IMG/VR virus record: IMGVR_UViG_3300037258_000301
Coordinates: 1 to 64,000 of that record
DNA from: a virus
DNA length: 64,000 nucleotides
Reading direction: 5' to 3' (one strand)
In this document: positions 36,393 through 44,736 of the stretch, in pieces
How positions within the stretch are numbered: position 1 is the first letter of the stretch
Layout of the letters: every line of letters begins with the position of its first letter
Program-made: the position numbers and the translations under genes
Notes under the pieces: generated by a model
The model's database searches: none
The model's input: only the letters and a program-made list of their open reading frames with translations
What the model was told of the DNA's origin: nothing

Positions 36393-36554
36393 ATGACCGA
36401 GCAGCTGGAGCCCGAGAACGTCGAGCTGCTAGCCAGGCTGACTCAGTTGATCGGCGAGTACGACAGCCCTACCGAGGCGGCCCAAGCCCTCGTTGACCGT
36501 GGTCGGCAGGCTCCCGAGCCTCCTGACGAGGATTGTGACGATGACGGCCGGTAG
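36393..36554 (+). CDS. small acidic hypothetical protein
   Basis: ATGA overlap. Confidence 0.55.
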   Translation: MTEQLEPENVELLARLTQLIGEYDSPTEAAQALVDRGRQAPEPPDEDCDDDGR

Positions 36555-36790
36555 CGAGGACGTCTTTCGCGCGCTCGATGTGATCAAGCGTCGGGATGTG
36601 GCGGAGATCCTCAACCACTTTTCCCTGTTGGGGTGGCGCTTGTCTCATCCCGAGACGGGCGCGGTGATGGATCCCGCAGTCCTGGCCCGACACATCCTGG
36701 AACATCGCTCCTCCCCCTTGGTGCCATCCGGGGAGGGAGGTACTGTTGAGCCGTCACCAACCTCGACCTCTCCCGAAGGAGGTACCCCCG

Positions 36791-37024
36791 ATGGGAACTA
36801 CGACGATCCAGACGAAGCCCTGTCCTGAGTGCGGTCGAGCAGCTCAAGAGCTGTCCGTGCCTGACGACGCCGCGTTGCGGTACTACAACGGCGCGACGAT
36901 CCAGAGTGCCTTTCCGATGCTCTCGGCCGACGAGCGCGAGCTACTCATCAGCGGCCTACACAGCGAGTGCTGGGAGAGGCTGATGGCGCTCTATGACGAA
37001 GAGCTGGTCGGGGAGGAGACATGA
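36791..37024 (+). CDS. small Zn-binding phage protein
   Basis: AAGGAGG RBS; CPEC...IQ.AFP.LS...RE.LISG.H..CW. Confidence 0.75.
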   Translation: MGTTTIQTKPCPECGRAAQELSVPDDAALRYYNGATIQSAFPMLSADERELLISGLHSECWERLMALYDEELVGEET

Positions 37025-37181
37025 GTCGCACCCACAGCGTCCCCTTCACCATCAACAACGAACGCGTCGGCACCGCAGTGGTCGTGGAGCGGGATGACTT
37101 GCCGAGAACCATTCCTATCCCACCGGAGTCGCCCTTGATCCAGTAGGATGTACTCACGGGTTCACGTCAGAACCCGTTCAA

Positions 37182-37322
37182 CCCCCAGGGGCTCCAGGGG
37201 CCCGCCCGGCAAAGTCTGCTTCTTAGGACGATCACGCGTAGAGCCCAACGGCTCCGCCTGATTCGTCCGGGAGTTGGTGACGCGACAAGGCAGATGATGA
37301 GGTTCAAATCCTCACTGGGGGA
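37182..37322 (+). ncRNA. 141-nt tRNA-like RNA with extended central arm
   Basis: CCCCCAG/CTGGGGG 7-bp acceptor, TGAGG-TTCAAAT-CCTCA T-arm, D-like hairpin; followed by terminator. Confidence 0.65.
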
Positions 37323-37327
37323 CGAGC

Positions 37328-37370
37328 ACAGCCCCGGTACGAATCCCGTACCGGGGCTGTTTGCTGTTTG
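37328..37370 (+). terminator. intrinsic terminator
   Basis: ACAGCCCCGGTACG-AATCC-CGTACCGGGGCTGT then T-rich tail. Confidence 0.85.
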
Positions 37371-37615
37371 GCGGACGTCGAGTGCGCCGCTCACCCGGTG
37401 CGATCGACCACCGAGCGTATCGATACCCCAGCCTTGTCAGTAACGCGCGACACTGGAAGTACGCGGTGCGCCGGCCGGAGTGTCGACCCTCACCTCCGGC
37501 CGGAGCCCGCAATCAAGGTATGAGAGATGAGATCAGCTTGCGCGATCCAGGGGATCATGCGTTACTGTCCTCTCCGTCACCAACCCCCAGTCACCGGGCC
37601 GCACCCGGAGGAGCG

Positions 37616-37816
37616 ATGAGCTTCCAGATCCTTGACGATGATGAGGTCCCTTCGGAGACCGTCGAGTTCACCGTGCGGATTACTGGCTCGACCGACGACA
37701 TCGGTCGTCTGCTGGATTTTCTGTCCGCATCTACCCACCCGCGTGTCGAGTTCGATCCTCCGGGTTGGACCAAGACCTTCTACGGATTCGAGCTGGACGT
37801 ATGGAACCTGACATAG
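37616..37816 (+). CDS. hypothetical protein
   Basis: GGAGGAG RBS; variant promoter motif at 37538-37581. Confidence 0.65.
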   Translation: MSFQILDDDEVPSETVEFTVRITGSTDDIGRLLDFLSASTHPRVEFDPPGWTKTFYGFELDVWNLT

Positions 37817-38091
37817 AAGACGATGGCCTCGACCCGAGACACAAGCGGGTCATGATTTCCGTCAAGGGCAACCGTCATCAAGAGATGATCGACGCCGCCA
37901 TCCTGGAGGCAGCGGCCTTCCTGGGCATGATGCCCAGAGAGCTGACCGTCCTGTCCTGCGGGATGGCCACCCCCGTCGAGTACACCCGCTTCCCGACCGA
38001 CCTCAACCACGACATCATGCCGGAACTGTGGGCCATGGAGGTCTTGGTCGGCGTCTTCATTCCTCCCAAGAACCCGGAGAAGGACTCATGA
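37765..38091 (+). CDS. hypothetical protein (start uncertain)
   Basis: ORF track; overlaps next gene. Confidence 0.55.
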   Translation: MDQDLLRIRAGRMEPDIEDDGLDPRHKRVMISVKGNRHQEMIDAAILEAAAFLGMMPRELTVLSCGMATPVEYTRFPTDLNHDIMPELWAMEVLVGVFIPPKNPEKDS

Positions 38092-38318
38092 CCGACACTG
38101 TCGAATTTGACACCCCCGAGTACGCCGCGCAGCACGAGCAGATCGATGAGATGGCCACCTTGGCCACGCTGGAGCAGTTGCTGGCCGAGGCCAACGAGGT
38201 GCTCATCGACTTCGAGGTGCCTGAGCCGTTGCCTGAGGACGCCTATCCCACCGTGGCCCAGATCGAGGCCGACCTGGATGCCGAGGTCGATGAGGAGCCA
38301 GAGGAGGTCAAGGAGTGA
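38088..38318 (+). CDS. acidic hypothetical protein
   Basis: ATGA overlap. Confidence 0.7.
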   Translation: MTDTVEFDTPEYAAQHEQIDEMATLATLEQLLAEANEVLIDFEVPEPLPEDAYPTVAQIEADLDAEVDEEPEEVKE

Positions 38319-38686
38319 CCACTCCGGAGACTCCGCAACGCATCCGCATCCCGGATCCCACTGGAGATGCCTTCGTGGACTACCTGGAGATCCGTATCGC
38401 GCAGGTTTTGTGCCGTCAACCGGCGGGTGGGCATCGGGAGGACGAGGGTCGCCAGTTCGCTTTCGCGATGGGGCTGGCGACGGCTCGGTGGGTCTATCTC
38501 CTCCAGCACGACATCGTCAACGAGATCGTCGGCCCTGTCGAGTTCGTCGCCGCACTCAAGGGACGGCTGGCCACCCTGTCCGCACAAGAGACCGGCGTAC
38601 TCATCTCAATCGCCCTGGACTCAGCCAACTATGCCGAAGTTCGTCACGGTCGACGTCAACTACGCGATCTGCTACTGATCGACTAA
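38315..38686 (+). CDS. hypothetical protein
   Basis: GTGA overlap. Confidence 0.7.
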   Translation: MTTPETPQRIRIPDPTGDAFVDYLEIRIAQVLCRQPAGGHREDEGRQFAFAMGLATARWVYLLQHDIVNEIVGPVEFVAALKGRLATLSAQETGVLISIALDSANYAEVRHGRRQLRDLLLID

Positions 38687-38700
38687 AGGAGGTACACGAC

Positions 38701-39237
38701 ATGGCTGGTTGCGGTAGCCGCTATCACGCCAATCAGCTGATCAGCTGCGAGAATCCGGCACCCAACCATGTCGTGTGCACCGCGTTCGACCCCGAGCAGT
38801 GGACGCACCTGCACTGGGACAACCCCACCTATGAGCCGCCACCCGAGCCGGAGAGCAAAGCCGGTGGCCGCGAGAAGGCCCGCAAGGTAGCTGCCAGGAC
38901 TGAACCGCCCTGGACCATGATGGATACCGTCAGGAAGACCGCCACGGGGTTAGATAGCTCCTCCACGCGGTGGACCGACGAGCAGCGAGCCCAGGTCACC
39001 GAGACGATCATCCGGTTGGCCTACTCTCGTCGAGCGATCACCGCCGACGACATCTGGGCCGCCTGCCCCGAGGTACCACCTGGTCCCGGCGTACACGCGC
39101 TCCTCACTCGCGCCGTCCAAGAGAAGCTCCTGACCAAGGGTGACTTCGCGGACAGTCAGCGCAATGACCGCGCCGATCACGACCGTGGCCGGCGGTTACG
39201 GGTGTGGCGTTCGCTGGTTTACGGCACGTCCACCTGA
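38701..39237 (+). CDS. hypothetical protein, possible C-terminal wHTH
   Basis: AAGGAGG RBS; ITADDIW...RVWRSL. Confidence 0.7.
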   Translation: MAGCGSRYHANQLISCENPAPNHVVCTAFDPEQWTHLHWDNPTYEPPPEPESKAGGREKARKVAARTEPPWTMMDTVRKTATGLDSSSTRWTDEQRAQVTETIIRLAYSRRAITADDIWAACPEVPPGPGVHALLTRAVQEKLLTKGDFADSQRNDRADHDRGRRLRVWRSLVYGTST

Positions 39238-39251
39238 GGCCAATCTCGCAA

Positions 39252-39287
39252 CTGTGCCCGATCAGGAGTCGCCGAGCTAACTGGTGA
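39252..39287 (+). promoter_or_regulatory. putative late promoter CTGT-N22-NAAN3GTGA (further copies at 35104, 49192, 55894, 57320, 60589, 62074, 63881)
   Basis: Same bipartite motif and 21-23 bp spacing upstream of late genes. Confidence 0.55.
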
Positions 39288-40951
39288 CCCAGCTTTTGAT
39301 CGGGAGGCCGATATTCATGCCGACGGACCGCGACGCGCAACAACTGCTCCATGAGGCCGCGAACGCGCCCAGCCTGGCCGAGGCCCGCCGTTTGGTCGGC
39401 GAGGCCGAGCTGGTGAAGACCGCGCTCGTCCACAAGGCCACTCAGGATCGCGAGGTGGATCTGGCTCAGGCGATCGTGCGCGATCATCTGACGCCGGTCT
39501 CCGTGTTCGAGCATCACACCGCAGCGACCGACTGGCTCGGCGAGATCGATACGACACCGCCGGAGGACATGGATCATCAGATCCTCGCCCAGGCCAGCCT
39601 CTGGTACGGCAACGTGCATCCCGAGGTGAAGTCCTTCCCTTCCGAGTTCGCCGAACAGGCACGGGGGAAGGCCCACAAACTCGCCGGCGCCTACGGACCC
39701 TCGGCGGACGCGGCCGAGGAACTGTTCCTGGGACATGTCGCTGCCTGTCATGCGCGCGAGGTCAAGGCCGGTGTCGTCAAGCTCGCCGTTGAGGCTCCCA
39801 CCGCGCCGGACACTTCCCCGATGCCCTCGGGCTCGGCGTATGAGGGTCTGCCCGAGAACATCACCACTTCTGAGCGTGCCCCCGCCATCCAGGCCCTGGA
39901 GCAGAACAACGGCGCCGGTGGCGCGACCGACGTGGTGCCCATCAACGATCCCGGCCTGGGCGCGGCCGATACCCAGGTGGACCGCACCAACAACGACCTC
40001 GGTGACCAGTCCGTCGCCGATCTCACCAGTCAGGTGGACCGCACCTCGACGGCGAGCCGGCATGTCGCAACGAAGGGAATCCCCACCATGCAGCACGCGC
40101 AGTGCCCGACGTGCGGAGGCCACGGCCGGGTTGCCGTGCGCGTGGCCCCGCAGCCAACCATCGTCGACATCGTTCGGATGGGCGTTTCGGGTCTGGACCA
40201 GGTCGATCAGATCGTCGACCCACACGACAACGGCCCCGACACCAACCCGGCTCCGGGACAGGCCGAGACCTACCCCACCGACGTGGCGTTCCCGTGGACG
40301 ATGAGCCCGGCCAACGTCCAGCAGACCATCAGTGAGAACCAGCAGCAGCTCGCCGAGCGGGAGCAGCGCAAGGGCGCCTCCCTGGAACGCACCGCACGCA
40401 AGGAGGGCAACGCCGCCTACCGCGCGTTCGTCGAGCACAACATGAAGCGGCTGGACCCTGGCAAGAACTTCGACCCGCAGCACCGGCACGTCACGCTGCA
40501 CCAGGCCGCGACCCAGTTCGCGTTGAAGGCGTATGCCGTCGTCAAGCGGGCCGGCACCGACGACTCCGGTTGGATCGGTGACATGGGTGCCGGCGGCTAC
40601 TCCACCGGCGAGCAGGACTGGAACGAGTCCGCCATGTCCGGCGCGAACAACCTTCAGACCCCGGACCCGGTCTATGGCTGGGGCGGTGACAACCCCTCAC
40701 AGCCACTCAAGCCCTACGGCGCTGATGAGGCCGACGACGCCACCAACAACCCGGATGAGTGGGCGCCGGGGCAGCCGACCCAGATGGACATGGGTGGGCG
40801 TGGCCAGGCCACCAATGGTGCCCCGGCGCCCGGCTTCCCGAACGCACCAATGAGCCATGGTGCTTCCGTGGACAGCGATCCGAAGCTTCAGGAGCTGCTG
40901 GCCCTGGCTCGTCGGCGTCGAGCGTTCCTGGAGAGCAAGCAGAACGCCTGA
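39284..40951 (+). CDS. head-region protein (probable virion/internal protein)
   Basis: 555 aa, low-complexity segments, CPTCGGHG, first gene of late block. Confidence 0.7.
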   Translation: MTQLLIGRPIFMPTDRDAQQLLHEAANAPSLAEARRLVGEAELVKTALVHKATQDREVDLAQAIVRDHLTPVSVFEHHTAATDWLGEIDTTPPEDMDHQILAQASLWYGNVHPEVKSFPSEFAEQARGKAHKLAGAYGPSADAAEELFLGHVAACHAREVKAGVVKLAVEAPTAPDTSPMPSGSAYEGLPENITTSERAPAIQALEQNNGAGGATDVVPINDPGLGAADTQVDRTNNDLGDQSVADLTSQVDRTSTASRHVATKGIPTMQHAQCPTCGGHGRVAVRVAPQPTIVDIVRMGVSGLDQVDQIVDPHDNGPDTNPAPGQAETYPTDVAFPWTMSPANVQQTISENQQQLAEREQRKGASLERTARKEGNAAYRAFVEHNMKRLDPGKNFDPQHRHVTLHQAATQFALKAYAVVKRAGTDDSGWIGDMGAGGYSTGEQDWNESAMSGANNLQTPDPVYGWGGDNPSQPLKPYGADEADDATNNPDEWAPGQPTQMDMGGRGQATNGAPAPGFPNAPMSHGASVDSDPKLQELLALARRRRAFLESKQNA

Positions 40952-40979
40952 GCGGCCAGAGCGGGAAGGGGCACACCCC

Positions 40980-41339
40980 ATGGACTTCCGTGCGGCACAT
41001 CGGAAGATCGCTGATGGCCTGTCTTCGGACATGGCGATGGACAGTTCAATGGAGGACGCCAGTCTTCCGGCGACTCGCCAGACCTTCCAGCCTCCTCCGG
41101 CGACGGACGGCTTGGACCCTGCCGCCTCGGGTGGCGCAGCCCCGATGAATGCGGTCGAGCCCTTCGGTAAGCCCGTGGTCAGTGACCCGCTGCTGCCAGG
41201 CCCGGCCGGCCACGAATCCGACCGAGGACCGGTGCCCTACACCGGTCCGGGACCCGATGTTGACGTGACGACACTGCACGGGGCAAGCCTGGGGCTGCGT
41301 GCGGAGACCTACCAACGAAAGACGACGAGGTTCCGATGA
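40980..41339 (+). CDS. Pro-rich head-region protein
   Basis: GGAAGG RBS; ATGA overlap. Confidence 0.65.
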   Translation: MDFRAAHRKIADGLSSDMAMDSSMEDASLPATRQTFQPPPATDGLDPAASGGAAPMNAVEPFGKPVVSDPLLPGPAGHESDRGPVPYTGPGPDVDVTTLHGASLGLRAETYQRKTTRFR

Positions 41340-43222
41340 CCACGGATCTGCTCTGGACAGAGGCGAGTCGGGATCTGGAAGCGGAGCACGCTCAGCTGCG
41401 CCTGTTCGAGGCCCAGCAACGCACGGCGGATCTCTGGCCGTTCGTGGCTCTGGCGCGCTCCCAGGAGGAGCTGGGGCATCGGCTGGCCCTGATCCAGGAC
41501 ACCCTCACCGAGCGAGTCCCAGACCTGAGCCTGCACGGCGCCCTGATTGAGGGTTTGACGGCCAACCTGCTGCTCCAGGGCTACTCCACCGACCCGAACC
41601 AGGACAGTGGCGAGGACGAGGCCCCCAATGCCTCCACCTCGGGTCTGATCGGCAACGGGTCGAGCCTCCAGGACCAGGACGGCACTCCCGATCTCACCGC
41701 GTCCCGCAAGCCCGTCCAGATCTGGCATGAGGGCAAGCGTCAGTGGATCACCGTCACCGCTGATGCTCCCGGCAACCCGGCCTACTTCTCCGGCGGACCG
41801 GAAGCGGGCCCGAACACCGGTCAGACCGGGAGTTTCCCGGTTGAGCCCGGTGGCCCTGACCCGGTGGACCCCATCAACGGCAACGTGCCGCTCTCTCCCA
41901 CCAATGTGCTCGAACCAGCCAATCGGTTCCCGGCCCAGCCGCAGCCTTGGACCGTCCCGGCCGACAAAGGCTGGGTTGAGTATCCGATGACCTTGGGGAC
42001 CACCACGGCCACCCTGCACACCCATCCTGGTTTCGGTCCTGGCGTGGTCATGCAGGGCAGCCAAGGGAAACTGGGTGAATGGAACACTCTGCACTCGGCC
42101 AGCAACTTCGTTCCTGAACAGGCCAACCCGAACTATTTCGACCAGGGTCAGGTCGGCCTGGAGTCGCCGGAGGGTGCCGGGTTTCCGGTAGATGAGGCTC
42201 TCCCGGAACCCAATGAGCGAGTGGATCTCTACCAGAACGCCATGCCTGCCGGTGCGGGTGGAGCGGGGGTCAGTGCCCCTGGTGCGTACGGTGGCCCCGC
42301 CGTCAACTTCACCAACCCGCCGCAGTATGTGACCAGCGCGATCCGGAACAACGTCGGCACCTGCGCGGCCGATGGGTGCGGCCGGCCCGTCTATCGGCAG
42401 GGTGCCAAGTGGCATCATCTGGACGCCCATCTCAAGGGTGACCACAACGTCATGCTCGACGCCGATCACCCGTGGGTACAGGAGATGGCGCACTCCTCGG
42501 CGAAGATCCGTAAGGTGCGCGGTGGCTACGCGGTCTTCGACGGTAACGGTGAACGCCAGACCAAGGCGATGCTTTACTCGGCGGCACTGAAGGCCAAGCA
42601 GGCCAACCAGTACATCCGCAAGGATGGGGATCAGTGGGTCATCACCCAAAAGGGCACCGGCAAAGTTCTGTCACATCACGACAGTGAAGAAGAGGCCGAG
42701 AAGTCTTTCTCCGCCATGGAGATGCACAAGCATGAGGGGCGTTTCGTACGGCTAGCCGACGGTACCGACCCCAGTGCCGCAGCCGCTTTCAGCTTGCCCG
42801 AGACCGGTGGCAGTCCGATGAATACTCCCGCTCCCGCCGCGCCTCCGTCCATGGCACAGGGCGGTGCTGGCGCCGAGGCCATGCCACCGATGCAGAAGCC
42901 CAGTGGCGGCTCAACCGCGAACGTCCCCACTCCAGGAGTCACGGGGTCGCGGGACCCTCACGTGGTCGCCCTGTTCCATGTCGGTGAAGACATGGTGCGT
43001 GGACGACCGACCTCGGAGAGTCCCACCGGGGTGCCGGACGAGTTCACGGCCAACACCTGGGAAGGCCCGCTGAAGACTCATCCGCGTCAGTCCCCCGAGC
43101 AACGCGGCATCAACACCCCGCAGACCCCGAGCACCCCGATTCCGCAGATCAGCTCTTCGGACAACCCGGGCCAGAACGAACGGTCGGCAGAGCAGGACGA
43201 AGACGACGAGGACGAGGATTGA
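41336..43222 (+). CDS. head-region protein, largely disordered
   Basis: 628 aa; small IRKDGDQWVI...GKVLSHHDSEEEA domain; acidic tail. Confidence 0.7.
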   Translation: MTTDLLWTEASRDLEAEHAQLRLFEAQQRTADLWPFVALARSQEELGHRLALIQDTLTERVPDLSLHGALIEGLTANLLLQGYSTDPNQDSGEDEAPNASTSGLIGNGSSLQDQDGTPDLTASRKPVQIWHEGKRQWITVTADAPGNPAYFSGGPEAGPNTGQTGSFPVEPGGPDPVDPINGNVPLSPTNVLEPANRFPAQPQPWTVPADKGWVEYPMTLGTTTATLHTHPGFGPGVVMQGSQGKLGEWNTLHSASNFVPEQANPNYFDQGQVGLESPEGAGFPVDEALPEPNERVDLYQNAMPAGAGGAGVSAPGAYGGPAVNFTNPPQYVTSAIRNNVGTCAADGCGRPVYRQGAKWHHLDAHLKGDHNVMLDADHPWVQEMAHSSAKIRKVRGGYAVFDGNGERQTKAMLYSAALKAKQANQYIRKDGDQWVITQKGTGKVLSHHDSEEEAEKSFSAMEMHKHEGRFVRLADGTDPSAAAAFSLPETGGSPMNTPAPAAPPSMAQGGAGAEAMPPMQKPSGGSTANVPTPGVTGSRDPHVVALFHVGEDMVRGRPTSESPTGVPDEFTANTWEGPLKTHPRQSPEQRGINTPQTPSTPIPQISSSDNPGQNERSAEQDEDDEDED

Positions 43223-43223
43223 T

Positions 43224-44225
43224 ATGACTGAGCAGCGTCCCGTGCCGGTGATCTGCCTGGGGTGCGGACACCGCGAGGTGCTGCCCCTGCGTGAGATCAC
43301 CGCAGCCTTGATGTGTACCTGTGGTTCGGACGATCTTGATGTGTTCGACGAGCACACGGCCGCCGGCCCGCACGAGTACGGCTCCACCTCGGTACCCACC
43401 CATCAGGCACCGTCGACGATTGACGGGTGGAACGAGTATCAGGGTCCGATGCCGGGACCCAACGAGCAGAGCAACGGCATTCCGACTCCGATCACCTGTC
43501 CGATCTGCCACGGCTCCGGTTTCGACCCACAGGACAGCGAGGGTGGCGGCTTCGGTGGCACGTGCCGTACCTGCCGTGGCTCCGGCATCTACACGCCGAT
43601 GACCGAAGCGACACCCCCCATGGTCGCCCGCCATCCGTACCCGAGCAACCAGACCAAGGTGCCATTCATGGGTAGCCCCGGCGTGACGGCGGCCGTCGAC
43701 ACTACTGAGCCCCCGACCAATGAGTACCAGCTTCGACACACCACCCCGGAGTACACCTCGCAGGGACCTCGGGGACCGGCCAAGCCCAATCGGTCCTACG
43801 ACTCCGGTGACGCCGAGACGTACTACCCCAAGGCACAGAACCGCTCTCCTGCGGTGCACCATCGCAAACCACACGACTACTCCAGCGAGACGGCCAAGCC
43901 ATTCTCGATGCCGGGGTCCTCCTGTCCGAACTGTGGGGATGGCCCACTGAGTTTGCGCAAGGACGCCGACGAGAACGCGTGGGCATCGTGCCCGAACTGT
44001 GGCCCGTTGGTGAACATCGATCGGCATCCCGAGTACGACCCGTACAACCTGCGATGGGGAACCGAGCTACCCAAGCAGAAGTTCAAGGAGGGTCGTCGGC
44101 TGGTGGGGAACACCAAGAAGACGGGCCGATTGCTGTCCATCATTTCCAGTGTTCAACAGTCCAATCCGGGCCTGAGCATGCGCGAAGCGGTCACGCTGGC
44201 TCGGCAGACGGTGGCGAGGTACTGA
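43224..44225 (+). CDS. multi-Zn-ribbon head-region protein
   Basis: CLGC, CTC, CPICHGSG, CRTCRGSG, CPNC x2. Confidence 0.75.
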   Translation: MTEQRPVPVICLGCGHREVLPLREITAALMCTCGSDDLDVFDEHTAAGPHEYGSTSVPTHQAPSTIDGWNEYQGPMPGPNEQSNGIPTPITCPICHGSGFDPQDSEGGGFGGTCRTCRGSGIYTPMTEATPPMVARHPYPSNQTKVPFMGSPGVTAAVDTTEPPTNEYQLRHTTPEYTSQGPRGPAKPNRSYDSGDAETYYPKAQNRSPAVHHRKPHDYSSETAKPFSMPGSSCPNCGDGPLSLRKDADENAWASCPNCGPLVNIDRHPEYDPYNLRWGTELPKQKFKEGRRLVGNTKKTGRLLSIISSVQQSNPGLSMREAVTLARQTVARY

Positions 44226-44229
44226 CCCG

Positions 44230-44736
44230 ATGGCATTCCTGCGCGAAGGGTTCACGATCACCTTCATCGGCTCGCATGACGCCGATGGGGTGACCTTGGG
44301 CGACAAGGGTCGTCTCCTGGCCTTCGCCAGCGATCATGCCGCCCATGTCCAGTGGTTGACCGGGATCCGCGAAGGTCAAGTGACTCTCACGGACATCGAG
44401 GACATCGACAACGCCTCGCAGAAGTACGCCATGGCGCACCACGATGACCTTGCCGACTCGTTGGAGATGGGATCACTCCAGACGGTAGGGGCCCGTTCGG
44501 TTTACGACATCGCTGGCCCGGAAGGAACCCTGGTGCACATGGCCTCCCAGGGCCAGCTCGGCGGGCTCGCACCCATCGCCGATGGGGTACTGGGTTGGGT
44601 CTGTACCAAGATCCGAACTGAGAGTGCCTTCATGTCGGCACTCGCTGGGCTAGACCCGGATGAGCAAGAAGAGATCATTCAGATGGCTGCGTGCACGGTG
44701 CTTCGAGACACGTTCGGAGGCACCGATGACGATTGA
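44230..44736 (+). CDS. hypothetical head-region protein
   Basis: ORF track, contiguous operon. Confidence 0.7.
   Translation: MAFLREGFTITFIGSHDADGVTLGDKGRLLAFASDHAAHVQWLTGIREGQVTLTDIEDIDNASQKYAMAHHDDLADSLEMGSLQTVGARSVYDIAGPEGTLVHMASQGQLGGLAPIADGVLGWVCTKIRTESAFMSALAGLDPDEQEEIIQMAACTVLRDTFGGTDDD

Noticed and set aside
37182-37322. tmRNA
   Set aside because: Only 141 nt, no G3-U70 pair in the acceptor stem, no tag ORF or pseudoknots evident
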